IMG/VR virus record: IMGVR_UViG_3300012667_001143
Coordinates: 32,560 to 96,559 of that record
DNA length: 64,000 bases
Strand: one strand, 5' to 3'
Source: a virus
Lineage: Duplodnaviria; Caudoviricetes
Below, piece after piece: positions 38,357 through 46,542 of this stretch. Each line of letters begins with the position of its first letter. Position 1 is the first letter of the stretch. Position numbers and translations under genes: made by a program. The notes beneath the pieces were generated by a model. It saw only the letters and a list, made by a program, of their open reading frames with translations, ran no database searches and was not told the origin of the DNA.

Positions 38357-38427
38357 ACCTCATTCGTCTAATGGTAAGACAATTGATTCCAAACTAATTA
38401 ACGTGCGTTCGATTCGTACATGAGGTG
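38357..38427 (+). tRNA. tRNA-Trp(CCA)
   Basis: Cloverleaf, weak anticodon stem. Confidence 0.85.
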
Positions 38428-38434
38428 CTTTTTA

Positions 38435-38506
38435 GGGGGTATAGCATAACGGTAATGCACCTGCTTTGCAAGCAGTAGATTGTCAGTTCGAATCTGACTA
38501 TCTCCA
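38435..38506 (+). tRNA. tRNA-Ala(TGC)
   Basis: Cloverleaf, G3.U70. Confidence 0.93.
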
Positions 38507-38514
38507 CTTTATAT

Positions 38515-38586
38515 GGCGTGATGGGTGAGGGGTTAATCGACAGTCTGCAAAACTGTCTTATGCTGGTTCGAGTCCAGCTCACGCCT
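38515..38586 (+). tRNA. tRNA-Cys(GCA)
   Basis: Cloverleaf, U73. Confidence 0.92.
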
Positions 38587-38592
38587 TTATAT

Positions 38593-38650
38593 GCGGGATT
38601 AGCGCAGCGGTAGCGCAGCTCCTTTACACGGAGAAGGTCGGGGGTTCAAA
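38593..38650 (+). pseudogene. tRNA-Val(TAC) truncated in T loop
   Basis: Intact to GGGGG-TTCAAA; no 3' T or acceptor strand. Confidence 0.85.
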
Positions 38651-38676
38651 AGTTCACTTTTAGTGTAAATACTAAT

Positions 38677-39372
38677 ATGAACTACTTAAAAATATATAAC
38701 GATCTCGTTGCTCACCGTAAGCAAAATCCAGCCAAGGGTTACACTGAAAATCATCATATCGTTATGAGAAGTATGGGTGGTAGTGATACCGCTGATAATT
38801 TAGTAAGGTTGACGGGTAGAGAGCATTGGGTTGCTCATTTACTACTCTATAAGATTCATCGCAATAGTCAGACTATTCACGCTTGTAATATGATGGCAAT
38901 GAGATGCGAAGAGCGAGGAATCGCATATATCAAAAATTCTAGAACATATGAAAAAATTCGTATTCAACACGCTAAACTTATAAGTGATCGTCACAAAATT
39001 TTACAAAAAGGAGAAGGAAATTCGCAATACGGCACAAAATGGATATGTAATTTAGATTTAAAACAAAATAAAAAAATATCTAAAGACGATTCAATTCCTA
39101 TTGGTTGGATAACTGGTCGAAATAAATGGAATCCTAAACCTAAAAAACAAAAAAAAGCTCGATTATTATCGGGTAAAACTTTGAAACAGCAAGCTCTACA
39201 TGAGCGGCAGACTAAAACATACTTAATAGATAATTTAGTATTTTTTGGTTTAAAGGAGGTGTGTAATTATTATAATCTATCACATCCAGCAGTTTTATAT
39301 AGAATTAAGTCTCTTAATTTTCCATCTTGGAGAATTAAAAGCGGGAGTGAGTCGAGTGGCGAAGACACCTGA
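38677..39372 (+). CDS. HNH homing endonuclease
   Basis: ENHHIV.RSMGG.D...NLV.LT.REH..AH. Confidence 0.9.
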   Translation: MNYLKIYNDLVAHRKQNPAKGYTENHHIVMRSMGGSDTADNLVRLTGREHWVAHLLLYKIHRNSQTIHACNMMAMRCEERGIAYIKNSRTYEKIRIQHAKLISDRHKILQKGEGNSQYGTKWICNLDLKQNKKISKDDSIPIGWITGRNKWNPKPKKQKKARLLSGKTLKQQALHERQTKTYLIDNLVFFGLKEVCNYYNLSHPAVLYRIKSLNFPSWRIKSGSESSGEDT

Positions 39373-39420
39373 TTTACATTCAGGCAATCACCGTGGGTTC
39401 GAGTCCCACCTCCCGTACCA
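39341..39420 (+). tRNA. tRNA-Val(TAC), replacement copy
   Basis: Cloverleaf with encoded ACCA. Confidence 0.88.
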
Positions 39421-39611
39421 TGAAAACAAAATATAGAATTCGAGAATTCATCAGACATAATGGCTCTAGATATTTTATTGCGCAGCGTAGCTTTTTTATT
39501 TTTTTTTGGGAAAACATGCATACTAGATATGCATCATATGAAGATGCTCTTGAAGCAATTGAAAAGTATCGAGGAATGGAAATCGTAGAAGCGAAAAATC
39601 ATAATGTCTGA
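39420..39611 (+). CDS. hypothetical protein
   Basis: ATG shares last A of tRNA CCA. Confidence 0.6.
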   Translation: MKTKYRIREFIRHNGSRYFIAQRSFFIFFWENMHTRYASYEDALEAIEKYRGMEIVEAKNHNV

Positions 39612-39804
39612 ACCAATTAAAAGAGAAGCTAGAACACCTGACTATGGTGACTTTAGTGAGACAGAAGTAGAGGAATTGCTAGAAGAATTTACAGCTAGTG
39701 TAAAGCGGGGCTCTACAGGTTGGGGTGTTAGTTTCAAAGACTGGCTATGGCTTCACGGGATCGCTGAACATGTAAAGCTTTTTAAGCTAAAACGGATTAA
39801 TTAG
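39604..39804 (+). CDS. hypothetical protein
   Basis: Coupled ORF. Confidence 0.55.
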   Translation: MSEPIKREARTPDYGDFSETEVEELLEEFTASVKRGSTGWGVSFKDWLWLHGIAEHVKLFKLKRIN

Positions 39805-40507
39805 ACACCGTATAATCCTCCGCATCTTCTAGCGCTTTGTATAAAGCTGCGGTCATTAATGGGTGGGTATAGTGAGGTCCAAATCCTTGATGAATTAAAG
39901 TTGTATGAGATATTACTTCTCCTTTTTCATTAAACCATGGAAGACCGCTATCTCCAGCCATTATTAATCTATCTGTTGATTTTCTATCTACTACTGCCGA
40001 ATTTTCATTTGTGTTTAAATGAGCTATCGACATAGTATCATCTTGGTGATAAGCTATCACCCAATCTTTATCTTTTGTTTTGTGAGCTAGAGAATATGCT
40101 TTGTGGGCAGTTGGTGCAGGTTTATCCAAAACGCAGATCGTTGTGTCGCTATTTAAAAGATTTTCATTGGTGGGTTTTGATAAAACCTGATCTCTAGACA
40201 TTGGAACATTTATAGTAAATGTTTTTATTATTCTTCTTTCTATAAAGCCGCCTTTTCCATCATTGAATCCAACAGTTGTTCCGATTGTTGGATTTGAATG
40301 CGTGCATGTGAAAATAATTCTTCTAGAAGGTGAATTATAAAGCCAGCCTTTCGAGTGTTCTTTTGTTAAAACTCCAGAAGTATTTATTATTTTTAAATCT
40401 GGTTTTAAAAAATTTCCAGAAGCGATTGAGTGCTTGTTAAGCACAATATCTCCGCATCCAATCAAAAAGAAAGAACAAATCAAGATAATAAACTTTTTAA
40501 TATTCAT
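39797..40507 (-). CDS. trypsin-like serine protease, lipoprotein
   Basis: LIGC lipobox; TCTH, DTTI, GDSG triad. Confidence 0.75.
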   Translation of the reverse strand: MNIKKFIILICSFFLIGCGDIVLNKHSIASGNFLKPDLKIINTSGVLTKEHSKGWLYNSPSRRIIFTCTHSNPTIGTTVGFNDGKGGFIERRIIKTFTINVPMSRDQVLSKPTNENLLNSDTTICVLDKPAPTAHKAYSLAHKTKDKDWVIAYHQDDTMSIAHLNTNENSAVVDRKSTDRLIMAGDSGLPWFNEKGEVISHTTLIHQGFGPHYTHPLMTAALYKALEDAEDYTVSN

Positions 40508-41829
40508 CTGCTTATCTCCTCCCAATCCATAGAACCATGCACAACTTCTGAATCAGTGCTTGCAGATACAACAAGTGTTAATTCATAAGCCTCGCCTGTA
40601 AGACTATTTCTTTCAAGCTGGAATTTAAATAAAGCTTCTTTTAAAATGTCTATGCTTGTAGCTCCTTGAGCATTGGAAGTAAGATAGCCAGAAGCTAACA
40701 CTCTACCTCCTGATATGCCAGTTCCGTTGAGTTTATATTGTACAGCGGAATTTCCTCCATCATCAGTCCAAGTGCCACCTGTTGTGGTTCCAGATGCAAT
40801 CACTTTCCAATTATAGATGCCAGTAGCAACGCCCATTACTGACAATGCTGTCAGAATCACAATAGCATCGAGTTTTGTTGATTTTAATTTTATGGAAATT
40901 ATAGGGTAATACGTACCAGCATTAGCGAGTGCCTTTGGCGCTGTTATTGTTGTTCCAACTGCCTGTTGAAGACCTCTTAGTTCGTAGCCGCCTTCTGAAA
41001 TTACAGAAGAGCATATTTGTTTTAATTTGCTAGCTCCAGAAGTAGCAGACGTATTTGCTATTTCATATCTAAGCGGTAAACAAGCAGTGGTTATGTAAGT
41101 TGAATCAATAATGTTGGCATGATGAAATGTATGGCACAAAATAAATTTGCCATTGATTACAAATCCCATTCTAACAGATCCAAGACCCAACCATTCAATA
41201 TCCATCCACAAAATTTGAGCTTTGGTGATATCTAGTGTAATTCCAGAAGCTCCAGTTCCATTTAATTTGTCGCCATTCCAGTTTGATTGAGGCACTCTTG
41301 TTTCTGTAGCTGGAGAGCCATCGACCAATGAGCGCTCAACAAAGCTTAATGTTGAATTGTCGAGTTCTAAATACATTCCATTATCAGTGCCAAAATAACC
41401 CACTCTTTGTCTCAAACCAGTTTTTGCTGGCGACATTACAAATGTATTTAAAACTAATAATGATTTTCCTGGCTGATAAGCAAAAACTTTTGTTGTTTCC
41501 CTAGTAACAAAAGAACCAGAAGCACTGGTTACATTCATTTCAATCAATCCCTCATTGCTATTAAATGAGCCGCTGCCACTTACTCCACTAGCCATTGACC
41601 AAAGATTATTGTCCGCATACCTATGGCTTGAATCAAACAATGTCAGTGGCTCAGAGACTCTCATACGACCAAATGCGTCAAAATTAGTTGATCCTGCTGT
41701 GTTGGCAAAACTCAAATCTTGTTGCTCTAAGGGTCTATAAACATCATTGATTCTATCAAAAATAAATGGAATTTGACCTGCGGAATGTGATAATTGAGCG
41801 ATATTGTCGAAAGTGTACTGCTGCGCCAT
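40504..41829 (-). CDS. putative virion protein
   Basis: Beta-rich, SG/TG-rich, late motif upstream. Confidence 0.65.
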   Translation of the reverse strand: MAQQYTFDNIAQLSHSAGQIPFIFDRINDVYRPLEQQDLSFANTAGSTNFDAFGRMRVSEPLTLFDSSHRYADNNLWSMASGVSGSGSFNSNEGLIEMNVTSASGSFVTRETTKVFAYQPGKSLLVLNTFVMSPAKTGLRQRVGYFGTDNGMYLELDNSTLSFVERSLVDGSPATETRVPQSNWNGDKLNGTGASGITLDITKAQILWMDIEWLGLGSVRMGFVINGKFILCHTFHHANIIDSTYITTACLPLRYEIANTSATSGASKLKQICSSVISEGGYELRGLQQAVGTTITAPKALANAGTYYPIISIKLKSTKLDAIVILTALSVMGVATGIYNWKVIASGTTTGGTWTDDGGNSAVQYKLNGTGISGGRVLASGYLTSNAQGATSIDILKEALFKFQLERNSLTGEAYELTLVVSASTDSEVVHGSMDWEEISR

Positions 41830-41923
41830 GTAGGAATTTACACTTTATTTTGCTCTCGAAAACAAGGAAAGATTTTTTCGATACAAAAATGCGCAATAGA
41901 TTGGTTTAAATGTGATTTAAAAA

Positions 41924-41997
41924 GGGCGAGTGACGGAATTGGTTTACGTATTACTCTTAGAAAGTAAGTTTTGAGGGTTCGAGTCCCTCCTCGCCCA
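41924..41997 (+). tRNA. tRNA-Leu(TAG), short variable loop
   Basis: Cloverleaf, 5-nt variable loop. Confidence 0.88.
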
Positions 41998-42005
41998 CTT
42001 TTTTG

Positions 42006-42033
42006 TTGACTTCTGAAAAATCCCTGCTATAAT
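42006..42033 (+). promoter_or_regulatory. sigma70-type promoter
   Basis: TTGACT-16-TATAAT with TG extension. Confidence 0.8.
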
Positions 42034-42044
42034 GAAGGAGTAAC

Positions 42045-42327
42045 GCCCATGTGGTGAAATGGTAAACACAGCAGACTTATAGTAAAATTGAGCTTTATAG
42101 AGGAAACTTTATAAATGTAACTCGTCAAATTCGGGGAAAGCTTTCAAATGCCAATCCCGAGCCAAGCCTGAGAAATCAGGAAGGTGTAGAGACTAGACGG
42201 CGAGCATCTAAGGAGAAATCTACGATGAAGGGATAGTCCAGACCACAAACAGCAATGGTAGTGAAAACTATAGTGGTAAGAAAATCTGCCGCTTTTTAGC
42301 TTGTCGGTTCGAGTCCGACCATGGGTA
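42045..42327 (+). tRNA. tRNA-Leu(TAA), exons 42045..42078 and 42281..42327
   Basis: Joined exons give GCAGA-CTTAAAA-TCTGC. Confidence 0.92.
42079..42280 (+). mobile_element. group I intron (IC3-like, no ORF)
   Basis: AAATTCGGGGAAA, AATCCCGAGC, GTAGAGACTA, GATAGTCC; terminal G; U.G splice pair. Confidence 0.93.
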
Positions 42328-42429
42328 CTTTAAAAACTTTTTCTCCTTCTCCAAGTTGGGGTTAAAGCGTGGCAATTGCAGCATAACAATTTTAAATTTA
42401 AATAATCATTAAACAGTATAATCAATCGT

Positions 42430-42552
42430 ATGAGCAAGCAAGTAAAACAAGAAAAAAAGCGCGTCAAGCGAAAGGGAGTTCACGCCAAGAGCAAAACTTC
42501 TAATCTAAAGAATTCTAAAAACTACAAGAAGTCCTATAGGGGACAAGGCTAA
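42430..42552 (+). CDS. 40-aa basic protein ending YRGQG (not in ORF track)
   Basis: MSKQVKQEKKRVKRKGVHAKSKTSNLKNSKNYKKSYRGQG; TATAAT upstream. Confidence 0.7.
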   Translation: MSKQVKQEKKRVKRKGVHAKSKTSNLKNSKNYKKSYRGQG

Positions 42553-42562
42553 TCTTTTTAAT

Positions 42563-42634
42563 GCACTTATAGCTCAATGGCAGAGCATGGCTCTCATAAA
42601 GCTGGGGTTATTGGTTCGAGTCCAATTGGGTGTA
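42563..42634 (+). tRNA. tRNA-CAT (elongator Met or Ile2)
   Basis: Cloverleaf. Confidence 0.9.
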
Positions 42635-42642
42635 CTTTTTTT

Positions 42643-42903
42643 ATGAAAATCAACGCTACCGCACAGATGGAAGTCGTTCTTACTGAAGCTCAAGTAAGGG
42701 AGATTTCTTTGAATTATCTTTCTAACTCTCTAGATTGGAAACATAACTATTTTATTGAAGATGAAAAGGTTTGTTACAACGCTACTTACTCCAGTAGTCA
42801 TAGTTGGAGTTCTGTAAAGATAGTTAGAGAAGCCTCTGACGAAGATTATTTCGCCGATGCAATTTTTAAAATCCTAAAGCAAAAATCAAATGGACAAAAT
42901 TAG
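42643..42903 (+). CDS. hypothetical protein
   Basis: Start moved downstream of tRNA. Confidence 0.65.
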   Translation: MKINATAQMEVVLTEAQVREISLNYLSNSLDWKHNYFIEDEKVCYNATYSSSHSWSSVKIVREASDEDYFADAIFKILKQKSNGQN

Positions 42904-43534
42904 CAAAACCCTTGAAGGGTGCAGCAAAAACTTCCGTAGGTTTTTTGATTGGTCTTTGGATTACTTGTGCGAACATCACAAGAAGGTCCAGATTGTGAAT
43001 CGCAGGCATGTTATCATGAACGATTCTCAAAAATGTTCTGGATGGTGTGACGGTTCTGAAATTGTGGTTGCCCGCAAAAATCCTTTGTTTGAGCAAGTTT
43101 ATGTTCATGAGTTTTCCCACATGACGCAGGCTGTCGAAGAATCTCCTTTGTGGGAAGAGGAATTTGATTTCTGGAATCTTCTTTATGGCAAGGGTTTGCT
43201 TGTTCAGGATTATGAACGTGTTTTTGATGTGATTGCTTTGGAAAGAGATTGCGAAAAACGAAGCGTATCCTTCTCTAAAAAATGGAAGCTATTCGATGAA
43301 GAGCAGTATGCGCGACAAGCAAACGTTTACTTGCACTACTATCAATATCTTTTTTTGACTAATAAATGGATCAATTCAACCTCCATTTATCACCCTTTGT
43401 TGCTTCAATATGCGCCAGAAAAAATTCAGCCTCTTCATAAATTCAAAAATATTGACATGGATTTGATGAAACTATTTTATAATTGTTTGGATAAAAAAGG
43501 TGAGTTTTATCAAAAGGGCTTTAAGAATAAATGA
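42890..43534 (+). CDS. HEXXH metallopeptidase-like protein
   Basis: VHEFSH then LERDC. Confidence 0.6.
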   Translation: MDKISKTLEGCSKNFRRFFDWSLDYLCEHHKKVQIVNRRHVIMNDSQKCSGWCDGSEIVVARKNPLFEQVYVHEFSHMTQAVEESPLWEEEFDFWNLLYGKGLLVQDYERVFDVIALERDCEKRSVSFSKKWKLFDEEQYARQANVYLHYYQYLFLTNKWINSTSIYHPLLLQYAPEKIQPLHKFKNIDMDLMKLFYNCLDKKGEFYQKGFKNK

Positions 43535-43553
43535 TTTTCGTGTAATATAGATT

Positions 43554-43775
43554 ATGCCTATTCCAAAAGTAAAGAATAAAGAAAAAAGAAGCGAGTATGT
43601 CGGACGCTGCGTATCTGCAATTTCCAGTGAATACGAAAACAATAAGCAGGCAGTTGCTATTTGCTACAATTCTTTCAAAGAGGCAAAAGCTGCGGCGAAT
43701 GGAGTTGTTGAACTTGGAGACGATGAAATGCTTCTCATGAAAGAGGAGGAAGACGAAAGCGGCGAAGAAGAGTAA
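43554..43775 (+). CDS. hypothetical protein
   Basis: GTGTAA-N8-ATG upstream. Confidence 0.7.
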   Translation: MPIPKVKNKEKRSEYVGRCVSAISSEYENNKQAVAICYNSFKEAKAAANGVVELGDDEMLLMKEEEDESGEEE

Positions 43776-43782
43776 ATTTTTT

Positions 43783-44136
43783 GGGCCTACATAGATTCGA
43801 TCTTACGAAGGATTTGTTAACTAGCATGTAGGAGTTGATCGAAAGGCTCCTTAAAAATTCGATCAAAAAAAACAAACGGCAAAAATAATATTGTCACCTT
43901 CCGCAAGCCAGCTTTCAGCCGCAAGGCTGTTGCTCTTACTGCGTAAGTAAAGCGCTCAGGGATACGCTCGCTCTACCCTGAGTTCAAACCGAGCAAAAAA
44001 CATTTTTTATTAGTTTTTGATGTGTAAAAATTAATGATCAGAATTGCTCACTGAAACGAGCTAAAATATAAACATGTTTGAAGGTTAATGAGAATGAGTA
44101 AGGGACAGCGGGGGCAGTTCCCGCTTAGGTCCACCA
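43783..44136 (+). ncRNA. ssrA: tmRNA
   Basis: GGGCCTA/TAGGTCC-ACCA with G3.U70; GATTCGA; tag frame 43878..43946 GKNNIVTFRKPAFSRKAVALTA. Confidence 0.92.
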
Positions 44137-44178
44137 TTTTTTTGTCACATCCACCGCATTTAAATGTAATAACTGTTA

Positions 44179-44718
44179 ATGAAAACAGTAATTTTGAAGT
44201 GTGGTAATTGTGGCAGCGAGTTCTTGAGAAGAGCGGCAGAGGCTAAAAGATGTGCAACTAAAGGTTTTTCTGTAGCATGTAGTCGGAGCTGTGGAAAAAC
44301 CCTAGCAAATAAAAGATATCCAGAGAAATTCTGCAATGCAGAACACTTACCAAAAGGTAATTTGGGTTATAAAAAATCTTTAGATGGTTTCAGCGCATTC
44401 AGATACTTTTTAAAAAAAGCTCGTTCGAAAGAACGTTGTGTTAAATATGGAGAGACTGATTTGACATTAGAATATTTAAAGTCTCTGTGGATGAGTCAAA
44501 ATGGCATTTGCCCATATACTGGAAAATTAATGTCTTTGCCAGAAAGTTCTTCAAAAAGAGACCAGCAAAAACAGCCTCCTAATGGCGCTAGTTTGGACCG
44601 TATAGATTCAACAAAAGGATATATTCAAGGTAACGTAGAGTTCGTTTGTTTAGCTGTGAATTATGCCAAGAATAAATTTGGTAAAGAGGAAATGATAAAT
44701 TTTTTTAAGAGTCATTAA
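44179..44718 (+). CDS. zinc-finger HNH-like endonuclease
   Basis: CPYTG, SLDRIDSTKGY..GNV.FVC..VN..K. Confidence 0.85.
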   Translation: MKTVILKCGNCGSEFLRRAAEAKRCATKGFSVACSRSCGKTLANKRYPEKFCNAEHLPKGNLGYKKSLDGFSAFRYFLKKARSKERCVKYGETDLTLEYLKSLWMSQNGICPYTGKLMSLPESSSKRDQQKQPPNGASLDRIDSTKGYIQGNVEFVCLAVNYAKNKFGKEEMINFFKSH

Positions 44719-44729
44719 TCTATTTGACA

Positions 44730-44752
44730 GTTCGACTCCCATTGGGTCCACC
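44730..44752 (+). pseudogene. remnant tmRNA 3' end
   Basis: GTTCGACT-CCCAT-TGGGTCC-ACC; pairs with tmRNA 5' end. Confidence 0.75.
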
Positions 44753-44810
44753 TTTTAAAGATAAAGAAAATTAAATATAAATTTATACTACTGAAAGTGT
44801 AAAAATGATC

Positions 44811-45047
44811 ATGGGACCAAGAAATCTCCAATCTGAAATACACTCTAGTTATATAACAGGATCGGGCGTTTGGTCTGATTATAGAAGTCAGATTAAAACC
44901 ATGTATGATTCTTCTTCTTCTAAAGAAGATTTTAACGATCATTTAATTCGCGAATACAATAGAAAAATCGACAGATTAAATCAACCTTCTGGTTTGTATA
45001 TAACTCCTTTCGATGGTGGTTTTAGATTTATCGGGGATTCTATATAA
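44811..45047 (+). CDS. small hypothetical, possibly virion
   Basis: GTGTAA-N8-ATG fixes start. Confidence 0.65.
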   Translation: MGPRNLQSEIHSSYITGSGVWSDYRSQIKTMYDSSSSKEDFNDHLIREYNRKIDRLNQPSGLYITPFDGGFRFIGDSI

Positions 45048-45077
45048 AAAAGCTAAGCAAAAAGTGTAAAGACAATT

Positions 45078-45560
45078 ATGAAATTGTCTGAAAAACTTGT
45101 CAGTTTAGCTAAAAAAGAAATTGGCGTAGAAGAAGTAAATGGCTCTAATTGCGGGCCAAGAGTAGATGAATACAAAGCTGCTACATGGTTGAATCCAAAA
45201 AAGGGTTGGCCATGGTGTGCAGCTTTTATTTGTTGGTTGTTTAGAGAGGGAATGAAAGGCGGCAAATTTTCTTTTAAAAGACCTAGAACAGCAGGAGCTT
45301 GGGATTTTGAAAACTGGTGCTTACAACAAGACAATTCTGTTGTTTTAAAGAAACCCCATAAGGGAGATATCGAGGCTGGAGACATTATCGTATTTACTTT
45401 CTCTCATATTGGCATCGCTACTGGACCTCCTGATTCTTCAGGATTAGTGCCAACCATCGAGGGAAATACCGATGGTCAAGGCAGTCGTGAAGGTGGAGCT
45501 GTTTTAGCAAAAAAAAGAAGACTTTCTCAAATAAGAAGCGTCATAAAAGTAAATGTATAG
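45078..45560 (+). CDS. CHAP-domain endolysin
   Basis: PWCAAF, HIGI, TIEGN. Confidence 0.88.
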   Translation: MKLSEKLVSLAKKEIGVEEVNGSNCGPRVDEYKAATWLNPKKGWPWCAAFICWLFREGMKGGKFSFKRPRTAGAWDFENWCLQQDNSVVLKKPHKGDIEAGDIIVFTFSHIGIATGPPDSSGLVPTIEGNTDGQGSREGGAVLAKKRRLSQIRSVIKVNV

Positions 45561-45573
45561 TGTAAAAAACACT

Positions 45574-45891
45574 ATGGAAGCTGAAAAATCTCTTTTTAAA
45601 GAATTCGTAGAAGGCGGGTGGATCATACCCATGATAGGAGGCGCAGCAATGTTGGCTAGACTTCTTTCCAGTTCTACGAAAATAACTTTTGTTGAGTATT
45701 TTAAAAAAATAACAAGCGCTGCAATTGCTTCTGGCATTGCTTGGTTTATTCTTGAGCAAACAGATATTCCTTCTCTTTACAAAGCTGTAACTTATGGCAT
45801 CATCGGCGTCGTAAGTCCAGAAATAATCAATGGAATTGTCAAACTAGGCAAAAAATTTCAATCAGATCCATCAAAATTCGTAAAAAAATGA
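45574..45891 (+). CDS. holin-like membrane protein
   Basis: Three hydrophobic segments next to endolysin. Confidence 0.6.
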   Translation: MEAEKSLFKEFVEGGWIIPMIGGAAMLARLLSSSTKITFVEYFKKITSAAIASGIAWFILEQTDIPSLYKAVTYGIIGVVSPEIINGIVKLGKKFQSDPSKFVKK

Positions 45892-46029
45892 AAATCTTGG
45901 CATGGTTTTTGTTCTTCTTTAAAAAGAAAAAGAAAAAAGGCATATCAAAAGAAGCTTTGAAGCAGCTCCTCCAAATCAAAGAAAGAGATAAAAAAGAACA
46001 AAGTTCAATTTAAAAGTGTAAATATTATT

Positions 46030-46212
46030 ATGCAAGACATTATTCAACTCCTAGTTTCTAATCCTTGGTTCAATGTAGCTACCGCTGTTGTCACTTTAGC
46101 TTCTACTGTTGCAGCAGTTACACCAACCCCAAAAAAAGGATCTTTCTTAGCTCAGCTTTATAAAATCATTGATTTTGCCGCAATCAACATCGGCAAAGCG
46201 AAGCAGAAATAA
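46030..46212 (+). CDS. small holin-like protein
   Basis: Hydrophobic helix, TPTPK motif. Confidence 0.55.
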   Translation: MQDIIQLLVSNPWFNVATAVVTLASTVAAVTPTPKKGSFLAQLYKIIDFAAINIGKAKQK

Positions 46213-46247
46213 TCTTGACATACAACAAAAACCCTATATACTGAGTC

Positions 46248-46478
46248 GTGATGAACAAAAACATTACGACTCAGTTTTTTTTGCGCTACGTGCCAAAAGA
46301 CAAAAACAAAACAGGTGCAACTCTTTTTGTCTCTAGTAGCAAAGAAGATATTTTTGAGAAATATATGCGCCAAAGCGAATCGAATCCAAAAGACGATTAC
46401 CGCATTGATAAAGTCACGACTCAAATCGAAGTCATCGCTCAAACAACTGATTTCCGCCAAGCTACTTTCGATTTTTAA
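46248..46478 (+). CDS. hypothetical protein
   Basis: TTGACA-16-TATACT directly upstream. Confidence 0.65.
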   Translation: MMNKNITTQFFLRYVPKDKNKTGATLFVSSSKEDIFEKYMRQSESNPKDDYRIDKVTTQIEVIAQTTDFRQATFDF

Positions 46479-46542
46479 TTCATTTAAAACTTTTCTTGAA
46501 AAAAGTTTGACACGAAGTTGAAACTGTATAGACTCAGTATAT

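Noticed and set aside
33834-38582. Short ORFs 33834..34112, 35105..35320, 36283..36501, 36413..36715, 37910..38173, 38394..38582
   Set aside because: Overlap tRNAs, structured RNAs or promoters
34091-42634. tRNA-Asp
   Set aside because: No GTC cloverleaf found; may lie elsewhere
42577-42642. N-terminal extension of 42577..42903
   Set aside because: Lies within tRNA-CAT; start moved to 42643
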